64,000 nucleotides of DNA from Flectonema sp. DT1601 (Eukaryota): NCBI GenBank assembly GCA_964019425.1, contig OZ025790.1, positions 1,426,001 through 1,490,000 on the forward strand, written 5' to 3'. Both the position numbers and the translations under genes were made by a program. The notes under the pieces were generated by a model. That model saw only the letters and a list, made by a program, of their open reading frames with translations, did not search any database and was not told the origin of the DNA. Positions 33,275 through 45,796 of the stretch are shown here, in pieces. Each line of letters opens with the position of its first letter. Positions within the stretch are counted from its first letter, which is position 1.

Positions 33275-34699
33275 GCTTTTTTGGGGTGATGATAAGGTGA
33301 GTAGTGAGCTACGAACTAGTAACAGTAAATAATATGTTTTTATTATGAACATGAAACTTAAAGTAACTACATTCCAGTCCTGCAAACTGGAATGACTCAG
33401 TCTCAACATTTGATTGACTTACTTCTACACCATACTGATGAGAGAGAATAGAGGTAAGAGGTATATGGATTACTCTCGAAACCTAAATAGTTACTTTATT
33501 ATGCTAAGTTGCGCATCACCCTTAGTCACTGTATTTAAACTGATGTTAAATCATCTTTATGTTTTTATGATACAACACAGTTGTAATTTTTACAAAATCG
33601 AACATACATCCCAGTGGGGTAAAAAAAAAAAAAAAGAGCAATCTTCCTGTCTACAAAAGCATGCATGTTCACAATAAAAAGGAGTTTTTCGCAACTCTGG
33701 GAACACACACAGTAGTAGACTACATTATTTTCAGAGTTCAGTTTTTTTCTTCTTTTTTCTTTTTTTTTTTTTTGCCTCCACTCAAAACTCCAATTGCATG
33801 TACCACAGTGCAAAGAGATCGGAGAGATTTGGAAGAAGAAAAAACAACAGAATTCTGTTTGCGGTTCCTATGAGATGGAAATTTCATTCTTTTTTTTTGC
33901 TTGTAAGTTATCAGTGCTCGTAGATATATCGGTCCCCTTTAAAATATTAGGACACATCGTTTTTTGGGATGAACAGGAATAAAAGAAAACAAAAAATAAA
34001 AGAAACAACTTTGACTACTAAAGTGATAAAAGACTACTCACTCTCGTTGTGTATTTCTTCATTTGGCTCGCGCGCAGAATGTAAAAAATATATTCGCGAC
34101 GGCTTTATTAACTTCGGGAGTGGATTCATAATAAGTTTTTTTTTTACTGAAAAAAGAAAAACACTCCTCTTGCTTCCATTTTTAATTTTTTTTTTTGTTG
34201 TTGTTGTCTTTTGTTCCATTGCTTCGGTAGTCAAATAAAGTAAGTTTAAGCAATTAAACATGAAAAAAAAAACATGAGCTATAATTTTCTTGTCTTTTCT
34301 TCGCCTTGGCGACGGGTAATCGTGGGACCTGTAACCAGCTTAAGACTGTTGATGTGGTTTATATTTCTAGCTCATATTCTCACATCACAAGGCTCGCTGG
34401 TTCTGAGGGTTTCCCACTTATCTGCCTCTCTATCCCTCACAAAAATAAAAATATAATAATAACAATAATAGTTTAAATTCATTTTTTTTTTTTTTTTTCC
34501 ACTTCAGGGAATAAATGACCAGACTAGACGGTCCTTTCGTAAATCAGTTTTCACATCCCTTTGTAGAAATGTAATTACATGTCGCATCCGAGTAGTATTC
34601 GATACCCAGACATGACTTTTTTTTTTTTTTTTTTTTTTTTGTTGTAAACAACTAATTAATTAACATTCTTGTGTAGTTTTTTTATTATTTAATAAAACA

Positions 34700-35830
34700 A
34701 TGATTAACAAAGTCGAGGGAAAGCGTGAAGGATTAAAGAGAAAGAAAACACGTCTGCAATGGGAACGGAGACAGGAAAAGGAACAAAACGAAGAGGAAAA
34801 CGAAAGTTGGATTAATTTACAACAGAACTTCACAGATGATGATTTACGACAATTGTTAATAAACAGCGATACTGTGATTCATAATCCCGATGGCGGATGT
34901 ATGACATGTGGTGATGGTATTTACGGTGTTTGGTGGGCACGCTACTACGGAGTGTCGTGTGGCATCCGACACATAAGTTGCCTCCAACCGTCGTCGGAAG
35001 ATTCTGTTGAGATGAGCAAAAAGAAAAGTGAGAAACTTGAGAAAATCTTAAATTCTGAAATGTATGAAAAAAGTTCGGAAAATTATCTTCAAAAAATTAA
35101 TGAAACGAAAACTAAAACGAAGAAGATGACGAGACAACAACTACTCGAAACAGTTGGTAAACACAACATTGGAAACTACGTATTGGCTCCCTCTTTCTGG
35201 CATAAAATATCAATCAGCAGTATGAAATACAAGGCTTTGAAAAGTACCTTCGGGATACTTACCTGCCGACAACTTTGGCATCACATCCCAATCACTGACT
35301 GGGGATACGCAATCAGAAAATATTGCAGCTCTCAAGGACATGCTCTGTGTGATAGTTTAATGTATTACAGGGGAGGTGATGTACCGTACTCTGTTGTTGT
35401 TGATAACGTGAATGAACATCCGAGTGGCCTTCCAATAACATTATTCCCAACAAGATTCAAATCACTGGCGTGGATCGAAAGAATAAAAGATGATAAAAAA
35501 ATGGCTCTCTCAGATATCGGAATCCCTCTTCTAACAGCACTCTCAGCTTCCCTATCGGTCAGGGAGCAACATTATAATGGTTCTTGGGACCAGGTAATTC
35601 ACAACTTAGCAGGGAATACTAGTGTTATGAACTACGCAATTACTGGTTTACTTCTTTGCGGTGATGACAGGAACGCTGCTGCAGTCGATGAGTTGGTTGC
35701 TGGAAACTTACACGTCTATAACAAGTTCGGTGAAGTATTCGAACATAGCAACGATTACTTTGTCTCATTCTTGATAAACGCTGTAGTACCAAACTTAGAT
35801 GAGGATGTTGGGATCGCAGAGGCAGTATAG
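34700..35830 (+). CDS. Hypothetical protein (376 aa)
   Basis: Long uninterrupted ORF with AAAACAATG start context as in other host genes; no family recognised. Confidence 0.7.
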   Translation: MINKVEGKREGLKRKKTRLQWERRQEKEQNEEENESWINLQQNFTDDDLRQLLINSDTVIHNPDGGCMTCGDGIYGVWWARYYGVSCGIRHISCLQPSSEDSVEMSKKKSEKLEKILNSEMYEKSSENYLQKINETKTKTKKMTRQQLLETVGKHNIGNYVLAPSFWHKISISSMKYKALKSTFGILTCRQLWHHIPITDWGYAIRKYCSSQGHALCDSLMYYRGGDVPYSVVVDNVNEHPSGLPITLFPTRFKSLAWIERIKDDKKMALSDIGIPLLTALSASLSVREQHYNGSWDQVIHNLAGNTSVMNYAITGLLLCGDDRNAAAVDELVAGNLHVYNKFGEVFEHSNDYFVSFLINAVVPNLDEDVGIAEAV

Positions 35831-37376
35831 TACTGGTGTGGAGGATGTTCCGCTCGCCCTTTTTGTAATTTTGAGTTGCATGACCGAAGACAATCTTTCT
35901 TTTCGCCTTTTATTTCCAATCCCGTCGCCTCCGGGAGTTTAATTGACTAACCAGTAAGGAAATTTTAATTTACATTCGTGCGTGACGGCTAGAGGAAGTG
36001 GGGTGTAGCAAGGTAATGGCACTTTGCCACGACTGTTGACCGCATTTGCGGGTTATCACGTTTTCCTTTTGCTTCAGGTCTTTTGTTAGTAGTGAGGTGT
36101 GCCGCGTTAAAGATTTTCTTATAACGTGTTTCGCCATCTTGAACTGCCTTTAATATAGTTTTCGTATCATCAAATCCCAATATATATACGGCTATTGACA
36201 AAAGGCCGCCCCCGACGATACCTCAACCAGGTTTGGCCGAACGCTATATTCGTTTTTGCCAGTTTCAAGTTGCTTTGAGTTATCAAGTTACTCCCCCTCT
36301 GCAGGTTTTGGTTTCCCGAAACAAGAGATGTGAGTAGTTACGTCATTTGCGGAGTGTTAGCCTGTATTAACATTGTTAGTCACTTGTGTCATGAGTTTTT
36401 TAATTTCATTATTTAGCTTTTTATTCAATATACCTATCCAAGTCCCGCTGACAGTCAAGATTGTCGGAGAAATTGTTGTTCCTTTTGAGCTTGTGAAGTT
36501 GTATTAAGGTTGTAAGGGAATCCCAAAAATACGGGAATGGGAAACAAGAGGACTTCCCCTTTTTGTTTCACCTCAGAATGAAGGAGGAGTTATTTATGAC
36601 TCATTAGACGAACGATCGCATTATTCGATACGTCGGTCAGTCGAACAGCCGAAGAAGGTTACTGAACAAGTAATAAATCAGGGCCTAACAGATCCTTTTT
36701 ATATGTTTATTTGAGAAAAAGAAGTTAATTATCCTTTTGCGAGATGGTCTCATTTCCCCTCTCTTTTGATACTTCGATAGGTTCGAATAACGTGGTGTAC
36801 TTTGGTATGAAAGGAGTACTTGGATAAGTAAGGTAGGTACCCCTTTTCAGAATGTCAATTTGGGATAAAGAAAATTTATTCAATTTTCGACGCATCAAAT
36901 ACCCACACGTAGACTCATGTGCACCAAAAACCAGCATGTTTAGCTACCATAGCGAACAACGATTTTGACCTTCGTCATGAAATTGCTAAAGTCCGCCTAC
37001 GAAACAGGGATACTCAGAAAACAGTTAACGGAAAACTGGGGCTCACAATACTGCTACATTTATTCACGCCCCATGTGTACTTAATGGGTAGCGCCTCCCT
37101 CAAATATTATTATAAAGTAGCCCGACGGAGTGTTGCTTCACTCGACAATATTTATTGTAAAATAAATGTTCAGGTTTCAAGATCGTACATCATTTAATCT
37201 GCCTCGTGTGTGACTTTCTTCCGGTCCCTTGGCGGTCCTTTCGTAAATCAGTTTTCACATCCCTTTGTAGAAATGTAATTACATATCGCATCCGAGTAGT
37301 ATTCGATACCCAGACATGACTTGAACATGTTTTTCTTTACAGCAGTTACAACCTCTCAGCAACATTACTCAAAACA

Positions 37377-38372
37377 ATGCAAGTTTTTGTGACGTGTCCG
37401 GATTTAGGACTCCCTGCGGTGTCAGTCACAGTTGGTGCTGATTCTGTTGTGAGCGACGTGTTGACGACAGCGGCTGACGAGTGGGATGTCGATGCGGATG
37501 AAGTTGAACTGTCGTTCGCTGGTGATGCCCTTTGTGAAAATGAGCGGCTAGTAGATTATGGAGTGGGTGCAAACAGCGAGTTGGAAATGCGGGAGAAGCT
37601 GGTTCGGATCTTCTGTAAAAACTGGTTTGTTGATGATAGAAAAAGGGAGAAGCTGCTTCTTTGGATGAAAGACCGCATTACGAAGGTTTTATATCTGGAT
37701 ACACCCACATTCTCAGAAGATGGTTGCCTCACTATTGACAAAGGGTTGCTTCCTTCAGATGCCAAACGGATTTCCTTCCGCCATTCGAACTCCAACAACA
37801 CGGTCATCTCACAAGTTACTTCTATTGGAATTCTGTTTTTGTCTGAGTGTTCACAAATCACTTCTCTTGACCTTTCAAGTCTTAGTAGTGTCACTAGCGT
37901 TGGAAATTTCTTTGTGTTTTGCTGTTCAGGAATCACGGCTATTGATCTTTCCGGTCTTAGTAGTGTTTCCAGTATTGGCAGTTATTTTTTGTCTTTCTGT
38001 TCAGGAATCACTTCTCTTGACTTTTCAGGTCTCAGTAGTGTCACCAGGATTGGAGAGTATTTCTTGTCACATTGTTCAGGAATCACTGCTCTTGACCTTT
38101 CAGGTCTCAGTAGTGTCACTACTATTGGAGAGTACTTCTTGTCACATTGTTCACAAATTACTTCTCTTGACTTTTCAGGTCTCAGTAGTGTCACCAGTAT
38201 TGGAGAGTATTTCTTGTCACATTGTCCAGGAATCACTTCTCTTGACCTTTCAGGTCTCAGTAGTGTGAATAAAACTGAAAGGTGGTCGCTAAACGGAAGC
38301 ACCGCTCTTGAATCTCTTCAACTGTCTCAAAGCAATGCCGCTCTCTTGGAAGAGTTTATGAGAAGTGGTTGA
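37377..38372 (+). CDS. Ubiquitin-like + LRR protein (intact paralog)
   Basis: MQVFVTCPDLGLPAVSVTV...ELSFAGDAL...LVDYGVGANSELEM Ubl-like domain followed by ~25-aa LRR units. Confidence 0.9.
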   Translation: MQVFVTCPDLGLPAVSVTVGADSVVSDVLTTAADEWDVDADEVELSFAGDALCENERLVDYGVGANSELEMREKLVRIFCKNWFVDDRKREKLLLWMKDRITKVLYLDTPTFSEDGCLTIDKGLLPSDAKRISFRHSNSNNTVISQVTSIGILFLSECSQITSLDLSSLSSVTSVGNFFVFCCSGITAIDLSGLSSVSSIGSYFLSFCSGITSLDFSGLSSVTRIGEYFLSHCSGITALDLSGLSSVTTIGEYFLSHCSQITSLDFSGLSSVTSIGEYFLSHCPGITSLDLSGLSSVNKTERWSLNGSTALESLQLSQSNAALLEEFMRSG

Positions 38373-39097
38373 ATGTTTTTAGTTTTGTTTATTTTTATTA
38401 TTACTTTGCCCCGCACCCCTTTTCTCTCTTGTCAGTTTTTCAATTTTTCTTCTTCGAGGGTTAATAAAAACATTTGTTGTATTTTGTTGTTATTCGCGTT
38501 ATTAACAAAACAGGAAATTTAAGATGTCTGTTTCTGATGACCGCGGTGCAGGGAAGGCAACCCCCTCATGTATTCTAATAACCTGAATTCTGTATAACAC
38601 TACTATCATTTATTTAAAGTGAGTGCTCCGCTAGTAGTGTGCTACAAACTAATATAAGCTAATTCATTTTTTTTTTTAAAAGAATTATTTGTGAGTTGGC
38701 CAAAATTACAACGAAGCTGTAGCAGCATAGCTCGGTTAGATGGAAGAGTGATACAGCTCGGCATGTGTGCAGCTGAGTCACCTACGATACAGTGATGGAT
38801 TATCATACATCCGACTAAAGGTATTATAAGTATAGGTAAGCACTCCGCATGCATCTTTGAAATTGTCACATCACACGAGGCTGGCTGTGCCAGTTGTCAC
38901 TTATTCCAGCCATACTTAGCCGCCCGATAGGTACACCAGAATGGATTCGAAGCTCTTCTTTAGTACCCCTCTTTTATAATCAACAGTTGATATTAATAAT
39001 GTTTTAGGACAGTGGCAGAGTAGTTGGGCTGATTTGAATTCATATTTCTTTTTTTTATGATAATATTTTCATCAGAACCTCATTGTGGATACAAAAG

Positions 39098-41506
39098 ATG
39101 GCGAAAGTTTCTGAAGTAAAACCTGGTCTGAAGTTGACTGAAACTCCAATTGGATCAGAGAGACAGCTGACCTTCAGCAACAACTTACGAGACAGAATGT
39201 TTAGATGTTCTTATGGATTTAAAGGCGGATCTGTAATCGCTTTGGGTGAGACAACGGAGAAAGACGGAAAACACATTTTACAAATCTACCCTGGAGAGAC
39301 CAAAGACTTTGTAAGAGGAAATTGGAAAAGTTTATCAAAAAGCCACGGGTGTGGAGAACCTGACAAAGCCTGGAAGGAAAAGCAAGCGACGGATGCGAAA
39401 GCTGATACGGAAAAAGACATCAAATTCGTTAAGGATATCCTCCAAGAAAAAGGTTTAAGCAAAGGAGTCACCTCAGGAATGGTGGCTGAGATCTGCGCAG
39501 AGGCGGGGATCATGTTCGTTGACATTACTTTCCCTCCACGAGATGCGACGATAAAACCAGCCGGATCAGCAAAAAATGTTCCGATCTTCCCCTGGAAGAG
39601 ACCCTCAACATACCTTAAAGGTACTGGAATGCAACCAACACTCTTCGTTGATAAAATTGAGCCTAACGACATCGATCAAGGAGCTCTAGCTGATTGTTAT
39701 TTAATGGGAGCCTTGGCATCGGTTGCTGAGTTCGAACATTTAGTTAGAAACATGTTTGAGGCAGGACAAGATCCAGACCTTGGTTGCTACCGAATTGCTC
39801 TTTGCAAAAACGGATGGTGGCTGACCGTCACTGTGGATGATTTCCTTCCTTGTTCTGGACCAAAACCAGCCTATTCTAGAAACCGAGAAGAACCAAATGA
39901 AATTTGGGTTTCACTTGTTGAAAAGGCTTATGCGAAAGTACACGGTTCTTACGCAGCAATCGCAACTGGTTCTTGCGCACGAGCATTGTCAGATTTGACT
40001 GGATGTCCTTCGAAGATTCTCGAAATCAACACCGACATGTGGCCGGAGTTGTTAAAGAATGATCAAACTGACTTCCTACAAGTTCTCGGAACCCCTGGAA
40101 AGAATCTCATGGGCGTCCCCGAAGACAAACAAACTGCAGCAGACAAAGCTCTTTGGGACAAATACCAAACAGTTGGTCTCATCACAGAACACAGTTATAG
40201 TTTAATAACCGTAAAGCTCACCAAAGATGGACACAAACTTTGTATGATAAGAAACCCTTGGGGAAATGACAAAGAATGGAAAGGAAAATGGTCTGATTCT
40301 GACTCGTCATCGTGGACTCCAGCGCTAAAGAAAGAATGCGGATTCTTAGCACAAGATGATGGGTCGTTTTGGATGCAATGGAGTGATGTGTTGAAATGGT
40401 TCAACACGGTAGCTGTTTGCTATACTCATGGTACTTGGGATAACGTTCACGTTGCAGGGAATTTTCAAAAGGGAACAGCTGACTTAGGGGTGTCGTTAAA
40501 GCTGAAGAAAACTCAAAAATGTTGGATCGGAGTTCACCAAAAAGATCCACGAGGATGTCCACCTGACCATCCCGACGCAACTCTTCAAATGGTCGACTTG
40601 TGGATTATCGGACTGAGTGAATCGACACCCAAAGTTCTCGGAAGAAGAAGTACTTCTCAGAGAGAGATGTATATCGAACTTACATTAGAACCGTCAAAGG
40701 GATATTCAGAGTTTATAGTTCTGGCTCAACCAAGAGAGTCATCAGTAACCAAGTCGATGGTCTATTCGATAATACTGGAAGAGCATCGTAATTTTGAAGT
40801 TACGTTCTTATCTAACTCTGATCGCAATAACCTTCCTCGTTATCGTAAAGCTGAAGAGTTCAAAAGGTCTGACTGGAAAACTTCAAAAGCGAATTATCAA
40901 ATTAAAGGACAACACTCGACAAACGGCGCGGTATTACAACTCACTGGAAGCATCGCAACGTTTAAGGATGCGAAGAAGAATGTTACTGAAACAGAATTAC
41001 AAAAAGCAGCTGTCTCGGCAAAGCAAAATGAAAAACGAAAAGTAACGAAGTCACCTGCTAAGGGAGCTGTCGCTCCAGTGAAGAGCGGGTCAATCAAAAT
41101 AAAGTTATCACTTTCCTGTGGTAAGGATTTAGTATCGATGGACTCAAACGGTTTGTCAGACCCGTTCTGTGAGATAAAACTTAGAGCAATTAAAAATGGA
41201 AAGGTCACACCATCTCACCCAAACCCTCAAAAGCAGGTATCGAAAATTATTTGGGAATCCCTGAATCCCATTTGGAATGAAGAATTTACCTTTCTGGTTC
41301 CGGTATCTGACTGCATCCGAGTCAGTATTTTTGATAAGGACATCGTTGGAAAAGATAACATGGGAAAAGTTGATCTGCAGATACCTGAATTAGTTAGTAC
41401 ACTTAATGAGGGAGCTTTATTCAAATCAAAGTACCCGGTGACTCCAACCAAAAGAGGAGATAAGGTATCTGGTTACCTTGAGATAGGGCTTCAGTTGATT
41501 TCTTGA
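39098..41506 (+). CDS. Calpain-like cysteine peptidase with C-terminal C2 domain
   Basis: CysPc motifs DIDQGALADCYL, EHSYS and RNPWG (Cys-His-Asn intact); domain III-like region; C2 motifs DSNGLSDPF, LNPIWNEEF, FDKDIVGKDNMG. Confidence 0.92.
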   Translation: MAKVSEVKPGLKLTETPIGSERQLTFSNNLRDRMFRCSYGFKGGSVIALGETTEKDGKHILQIYPGETKDFVRGNWKSLSKSHGCGEPDKAWKEKQATDAKADTEKDIKFVKDILQEKGLSKGVTSGMVAEICAEAGIMFVDITFPPRDATIKPAGSAKNVPIFPWKRPSTYLKGTGMQPTLFVDKIEPNDIDQGALADCYLMGALASVAEFEHLVRNMFEAGQDPDLGCYRIALCKNGWWLTVTVDDFLPCSGPKPAYSRNREEPNEIWVSLVEKAYAKVHGSYAAIATGSCARALSDLTGCPSKILEINTDMWPELLKNDQTDFLQVLGTPGKNLMGVPEDKQTAADKALWDKYQTVGLITEHSYSLITVKLTKDGHKLCMIRNPWGNDKEWKGKWSDSDSSSWTPALKKECGFLAQDDGSFWMQWSDVLKWFNTVAVCYTHGTWDNVHVAGNFQKGTADLGVSLKLKKTQKCWIGVHQKDPRGCPPDHPDATLQMVDLWIIGLSESTPKVLGRRSTSQREMYIELTLEPSKGYSEFIVLAQPRESSVTKSMVYSIILEEHRNFEVTFLSNSDRNNLPRYRKAEEFKRSDWKTSKANYQIKGQHSTNGAVLQLTGSIATFKDAKKNVTETELQKAAVSAKQNEKRKVTKSPAKGAVAPVKSGSIKIKLSLSCGKDLVSMDSNGLSDPFCEIKLRAIKNGKVTPSHPNPQKQVSKIIWESLNPIWNEEFTFLVPVSDCIRVSIFDKDIVGKDNMGKVDLQIPELVSTLNEGALFKSKYPVTPTKRGDKVSGYLEIGLQLIS

Positions 41507-41934
41507 GGGTTTTTTTTTTCCTCTTTTTTTTTTACCTACAAACCCATTGTTCGGTAGAGAGGTGGCAGCGTTAACCTATTCCTTTTATTAAGATTTTGTA
41601 ACGATTGCGCACTACTACAAAAGTGTGAATAAAAAAGTAAAAAGAGAAGTTTGCCGATTCTTTTTTTTTCCTTTTTTTTTTCCTTCATTTTTTTCATTTT
41701 AGTCCGAAAAAAAAAAAAGGAATCGAAAAAAGAAAAAAAAATATATCAGCAGACAGGTATCCTTTCCGCGCCCTTTGTTGTGTGCTGGATGAAAAAATAA
41801 TTGTACTGTTGAAGCTGATTTTTTTTTTTTTTTTTTAATATTGCAGGAGAATACATCTTGAGACAATTTTAAAAAAACAAAAAAAGTAAGGGATTTTTTC
41901 CCCCCTTTTTTTAAAAAAACATTCTTTGTCTCTA

Positions 41935-41965
<31 letters not shown>

Positions 41966-43109
41966 TTCTTGTACTTCTCTTTTCCGTCGATAATATTGCG
42001 AGATTTTTTAATTTTTTTATTTCTCCCAAAATGTTGAGTTATATAAAAAGAAAGGAACCAAAAAAAAAAGGGGGGGGGGTGGGAACTGAAACTAAATTGA
42101 AATATAAAGCAACTTTTTTTAAATTTTTTTTTCTTTTTTCTTTTCCTGGAAGATAAAATGGAAACTCCTTTCTTCGCCACTTAATATCACACAGTACACT
42201 TGGTATAATCCCTTCTGACTCTGATCGTTGTCTCGACTTACAGTGGCACGGCGAGTCTCTGTGCACAATTTTTTTTTTCTGTTCTCCACCCATTTACTTT
42301 AAACCCTCCCAAAAAGAAAAAAAAAAATTAATAAAAAGAAATAAAAAAAACCCTACTAAATTTCTCAGATAAAGAATCACAGCTGACAAAAGAAAAAAGA
42401 AGTTAAAATAACCGTAAAAAGTGTGATGTTTTTTTTTATCTTCCCGAGTTTTTTAGGTGGGATATATATAACCGCCGTGCACCTGCACCTTCCAATGCAG
42501 CATGCGAGAGTTTCAACAGGAAGGTGTGCCTGACGAGTTAGGGTAAGTTTGGAGCAGCGTTTTTTATTTTTTTAACTACTTACAAGATAACAAGGAATCA
42601 ACCCCCTGTATCTTTAGCTTACTGAGTCTATCTTTAGCTTACTGAGTCTATCTCAGCTGCTGAAAAAATGGAAGAAAAAAAAAAAAGGAAAAGAAAAGAC
42701 GGAAAAAAGAAGTATTGGAAATCATTTTATGTGTCTGCTGTCTGTATTTATTAATATGCTGGAAAGGTGTTTCGCACAGCAGGCAAATAATTAGTTTTGG
42801 TCGATTGCCGTTCGATATCTGTGTCGTAAGTTACTCAGGATTTTCTTTTTTTGTTTTTCATCCACCCTCTCAAGAGGGGGAGTCACAAGAAGCAGTCAAA
42901 ATATGACGATGTGGGTAACTCAAAGAGATTCACAAACGGATCTTTTTTTTCCCCACATTATGTCGCTCTCTCAATCAGTATGCCAACTGTTGGTCTAATT
43001 TAACGTGACAACAATGTTAGGTTGAACTTTAATTTAGTTTTTTAGCCTGTTTTTTTTTCTTTTCCAAATTTTAATTTAAGTATCAAGTTCCACCTCTCAG
43101 TATCACAAG

Positions 43110-43805
43110 ATGGGGTCTGTTGAAGAAATGGTTATCGTCAGCGTCTTCACCTCAGCAGCAGCAGGGTTGCTATTCTTCGCTACAAAGAAAGTAGTGAATG
43201 CGATGCGTCATAATGATGTTGTTGATGTCATTGTTCAGATATTGGTATCGTTATTGTCGGCAGCTGTGGTCGTTATCTCTTTGGCGTTTATTGCTGTGAA
43301 CGGACCGGAGAAGACGAAGAGAACTGTTTGTGGATTTGCTTTGAAATATTTAACTGCTCCAGCTGTCTGTTGTTTGTTGGGTTTGCTGACTCCCGTTTTT
43401 CCAACTTTTGGAGGAGTTTCTGGTGCTGAAAAGCCGCGATCTGCAATTGAGAATAAGACATACCACTCTGAGGGATGCGTTGACTCATCTGCGTTCTCAT
43501 CGTTTCCGAGTTCAGGTGAGTCTGATTACAGGATTTGTAAATTTGTGGAACAGGAAACATGTTCAAAACTTTTCACAGACAACTCCTCACCTGTTGAGTT
43601 TGAGACACTTCTTCTCCATTTCATGCCTTCGGGAGAGTCTTCACAAGTAGCTTCTCGTCCTCAGTTCGAACAGCTGTTCAACCGCTACTTCAGTGAAGCA
43701 ATTCCTGTTTGCCGTACTTCTGTTAAACAGATCCCCAAAGCCAAATTCGAATCTCTGTTATCTCATTTCACGGCGAAAACAGCAGCTGTGAGTCAAACCC
43801 AATGA
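43110..43805 (+). CDS. Hypothetical membrane protein (about 3 TM segments)
   Basis: Three hydrophobic stretches; CCACCTCTCAG acceptor 10 nt before the ATG. Confidence 0.7.
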   Translation: MGSVEEMVIVSVFTSAAAGLLFFATKKVVNAMRHNDVVDVIVQILVSLLSAAVVVISLAFIAVNGPEKTKRTVCGFALKYLTAPAVCCLLGLLTPVFPTFGGVSGAEKPRSAIENKTYHSEGCVDSSAFSSFPSSGESDYRICKFVEQETCSKLFTDNSSPVEFETLLLHFMPSGESSQVASRPQFEQLFNRYFSEAIPVCRTSVKQIPKAKFESLLSHFTAKTAAVSQTQ

Positions 43806-44998
43806 GAAAAAAACATGAAAACTTTTTTTGTTTTTTTTGTTTTTTCCACCGTCGCTTAACTGATCCAATAGCCCGTCTTCGATATTGTAACCCTTTTTTA
43901 TTATTATTACCGCCCATTTTCTTTTGAAAAAAAAATTTTTTTTGAAATAAAGGAAACAAAAAAAAAAAACACAAAAAAACTTTCTTCGAAAACTAATTGT
44001 GAATTGTGGTAAAGGATTGTTTTGTATGTTTAAGAGAGGTCGTTTATTTTTCACCTTCGTTAAGATTGTATTGTTTCCTTCTATGAGCACCTTCTTCCAT
44101 TTCCTTTTTGTTTATTATAATCGACTGATTGACTTCATCATTCTGATGAAGGAACTCAAAGGATAAGCATCAGCATCTATTAGCTGGTTCACTCCTCAGT
44201 CTCGCTGGTACCGTAAAGGAGTTGCGTCAGGTAAAGTACTTCCTCGATCTGTTCTCAAACTTTAAATGGGCGTCGGAGTTGCTCAATAGAAAACCCTCCG
44301 ACTAAGAACCTGATTCCAAGTGGCGGTGAGCAAGACTGGCGACGTCGGATGAACCGAGAGCTACATCTTTCACTTATGTGTTGCCTTTATTTTTATTTAT
44401 TTATTTATTTCTCTCTCTCTTTACCCATCGCTAACCATTCTTTTGTTGTCTGTTTTTCTTTATCGATACGCCATTTTCGCTATTTATTAGTAGCTAAGAA
44501 ATAAACAGAGCGCTCTACCAAACTGTACTACTTCAAACAAACTCTAAGTTGATTGAAGTGAAATTAATGTGGGAAAAGTATCAATTCTACCGTCTCCAAA
44601 TTTATGAAATACTTTTATCTAGCGCCGCAATGTTTTTTTTTTTTTTTATATAACGTCAGACGACTTAGTCGTCTGTTAACCAATTTTATAACAATTTTTT
44701 TTTTGATATTTGTATTCAGCTGCTCATTCCAGTGCAGTTTTTTTTTCCTTCGATGTTATATCCCCGTCGTTCTTTGGCGGCATCCATTTTTTTTTTCTCT
44801 TTCTGTTTTACCATTTCTAGCTGGGAAACCGGGAAAATCGATTTTCGTTAGAACGCTGTTTTCTTTTCTCTTTTTTTTTTTTTCCTCCAGTTTAACAAGT
44901 AAAAAAAACCATGAGAACCTTATTTATTTGATTCGAACCTTTCTTAACTTTAATTATTTAATTCACTCCCCCAACAGCTCTGAATTGTATCTCGTTGG

Positions 44999-45796
44999 AT
45001 GCCATCACGTAGATGGAAATTATTTCAAGTAGCTTGCCTGACGATTCTTTGTTGTCTACAATCTCCTTCAATCGTACTACGAGATTCTGTGTTCCAGGGG
45101 GAGGGATACGAGTGTGGTTTGCTTTGGTGTACGACAGGATTTATAATAAAATCACCTCTGTACTGTGAAGGTAGGAAATGGAGAATTATTGTTGTTGACG
45201 GGGTCTGTGTGATATCATACACGACGGGGTTACTGTCTCTGTTGTTGTTGGTGAGAAACTTATGTAAGGAATCAACTGAGATGAATAAATGTCCTGTTTG
45301 TTGGGGACATGTCTTTGCTTTTATAAATGGATTTTTATTAAATTTCATACCTGCGATAATACTTTCAATAAAAGAAACTGATTGTGAAGATCAAAATTCA
45401 CTGCAACTGACATACGGAGTTGACTTACAGCTTTGCTGTATTGTAGTCTTCCTTATCGTTGGTTGTCAAATGTGTATTGAAAAATGGTTCCTTCCGACAT
45501 CAAGAAACAGAAAAGAAGAAAATAATTTTAAACTAAACAACGTGTACGATGAACCAAACCCAATTGATGTCAGAACAGAAGAGACGACTCCTTCTGGAGG
45601 TACGGCAGAGTCTCCAAAATGTAAAACTTGTGTTCGAAACGATACTTTAACAAATTGTTTGTTTCCTGATGACGGATCTTCACCGAAGGGAGCGGATGTT
45701 AATAACCTTTCAGACATTCATCTCATTTGTGATCAAAATAATAAACTCAGCCACCCATCGTCAGAGTCTTCTGTCGTGGCACCTTCTCTCGATTAA
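44999..45796 (+). CDS. Four-TM protein, possibly amastin/claudin-like
   Basis: Four hydrophobic segments, GLLWC...C first loop, LTYG before TM4, polar tail; the family assignment is tentative. Confidence 0.55.
   Translation: MPSRRWKLFQVACLTILCCLQSPSIVLRDSVFQGEGYECGLLWCTTGFIIKSPLYCEGRKWRIIVVDGVCVISYTTGLLSLLLLVRNLCKESTEMNKCPVCWGHVFAFINGFLLNFIPAIILSIKETDCEDQNSLQLTYGVDLQLCCIVVFLIVGCQMCIEKWFLPTSRNRKEENNFKLNNVYDEPNPIDVRTEETTPSGGTAESPKCKTCVRNDTLTNCLFPDDGSSPKGADVNNLSDIHLICDQNNKLSHPSSESSVVAPSLD

Noticed and set aside
36420..36715. Coding-like stretch downstream of an upstream module
   Set aside because: Internal stop and no recognisable family; possibly a pseudogene but not supportable.
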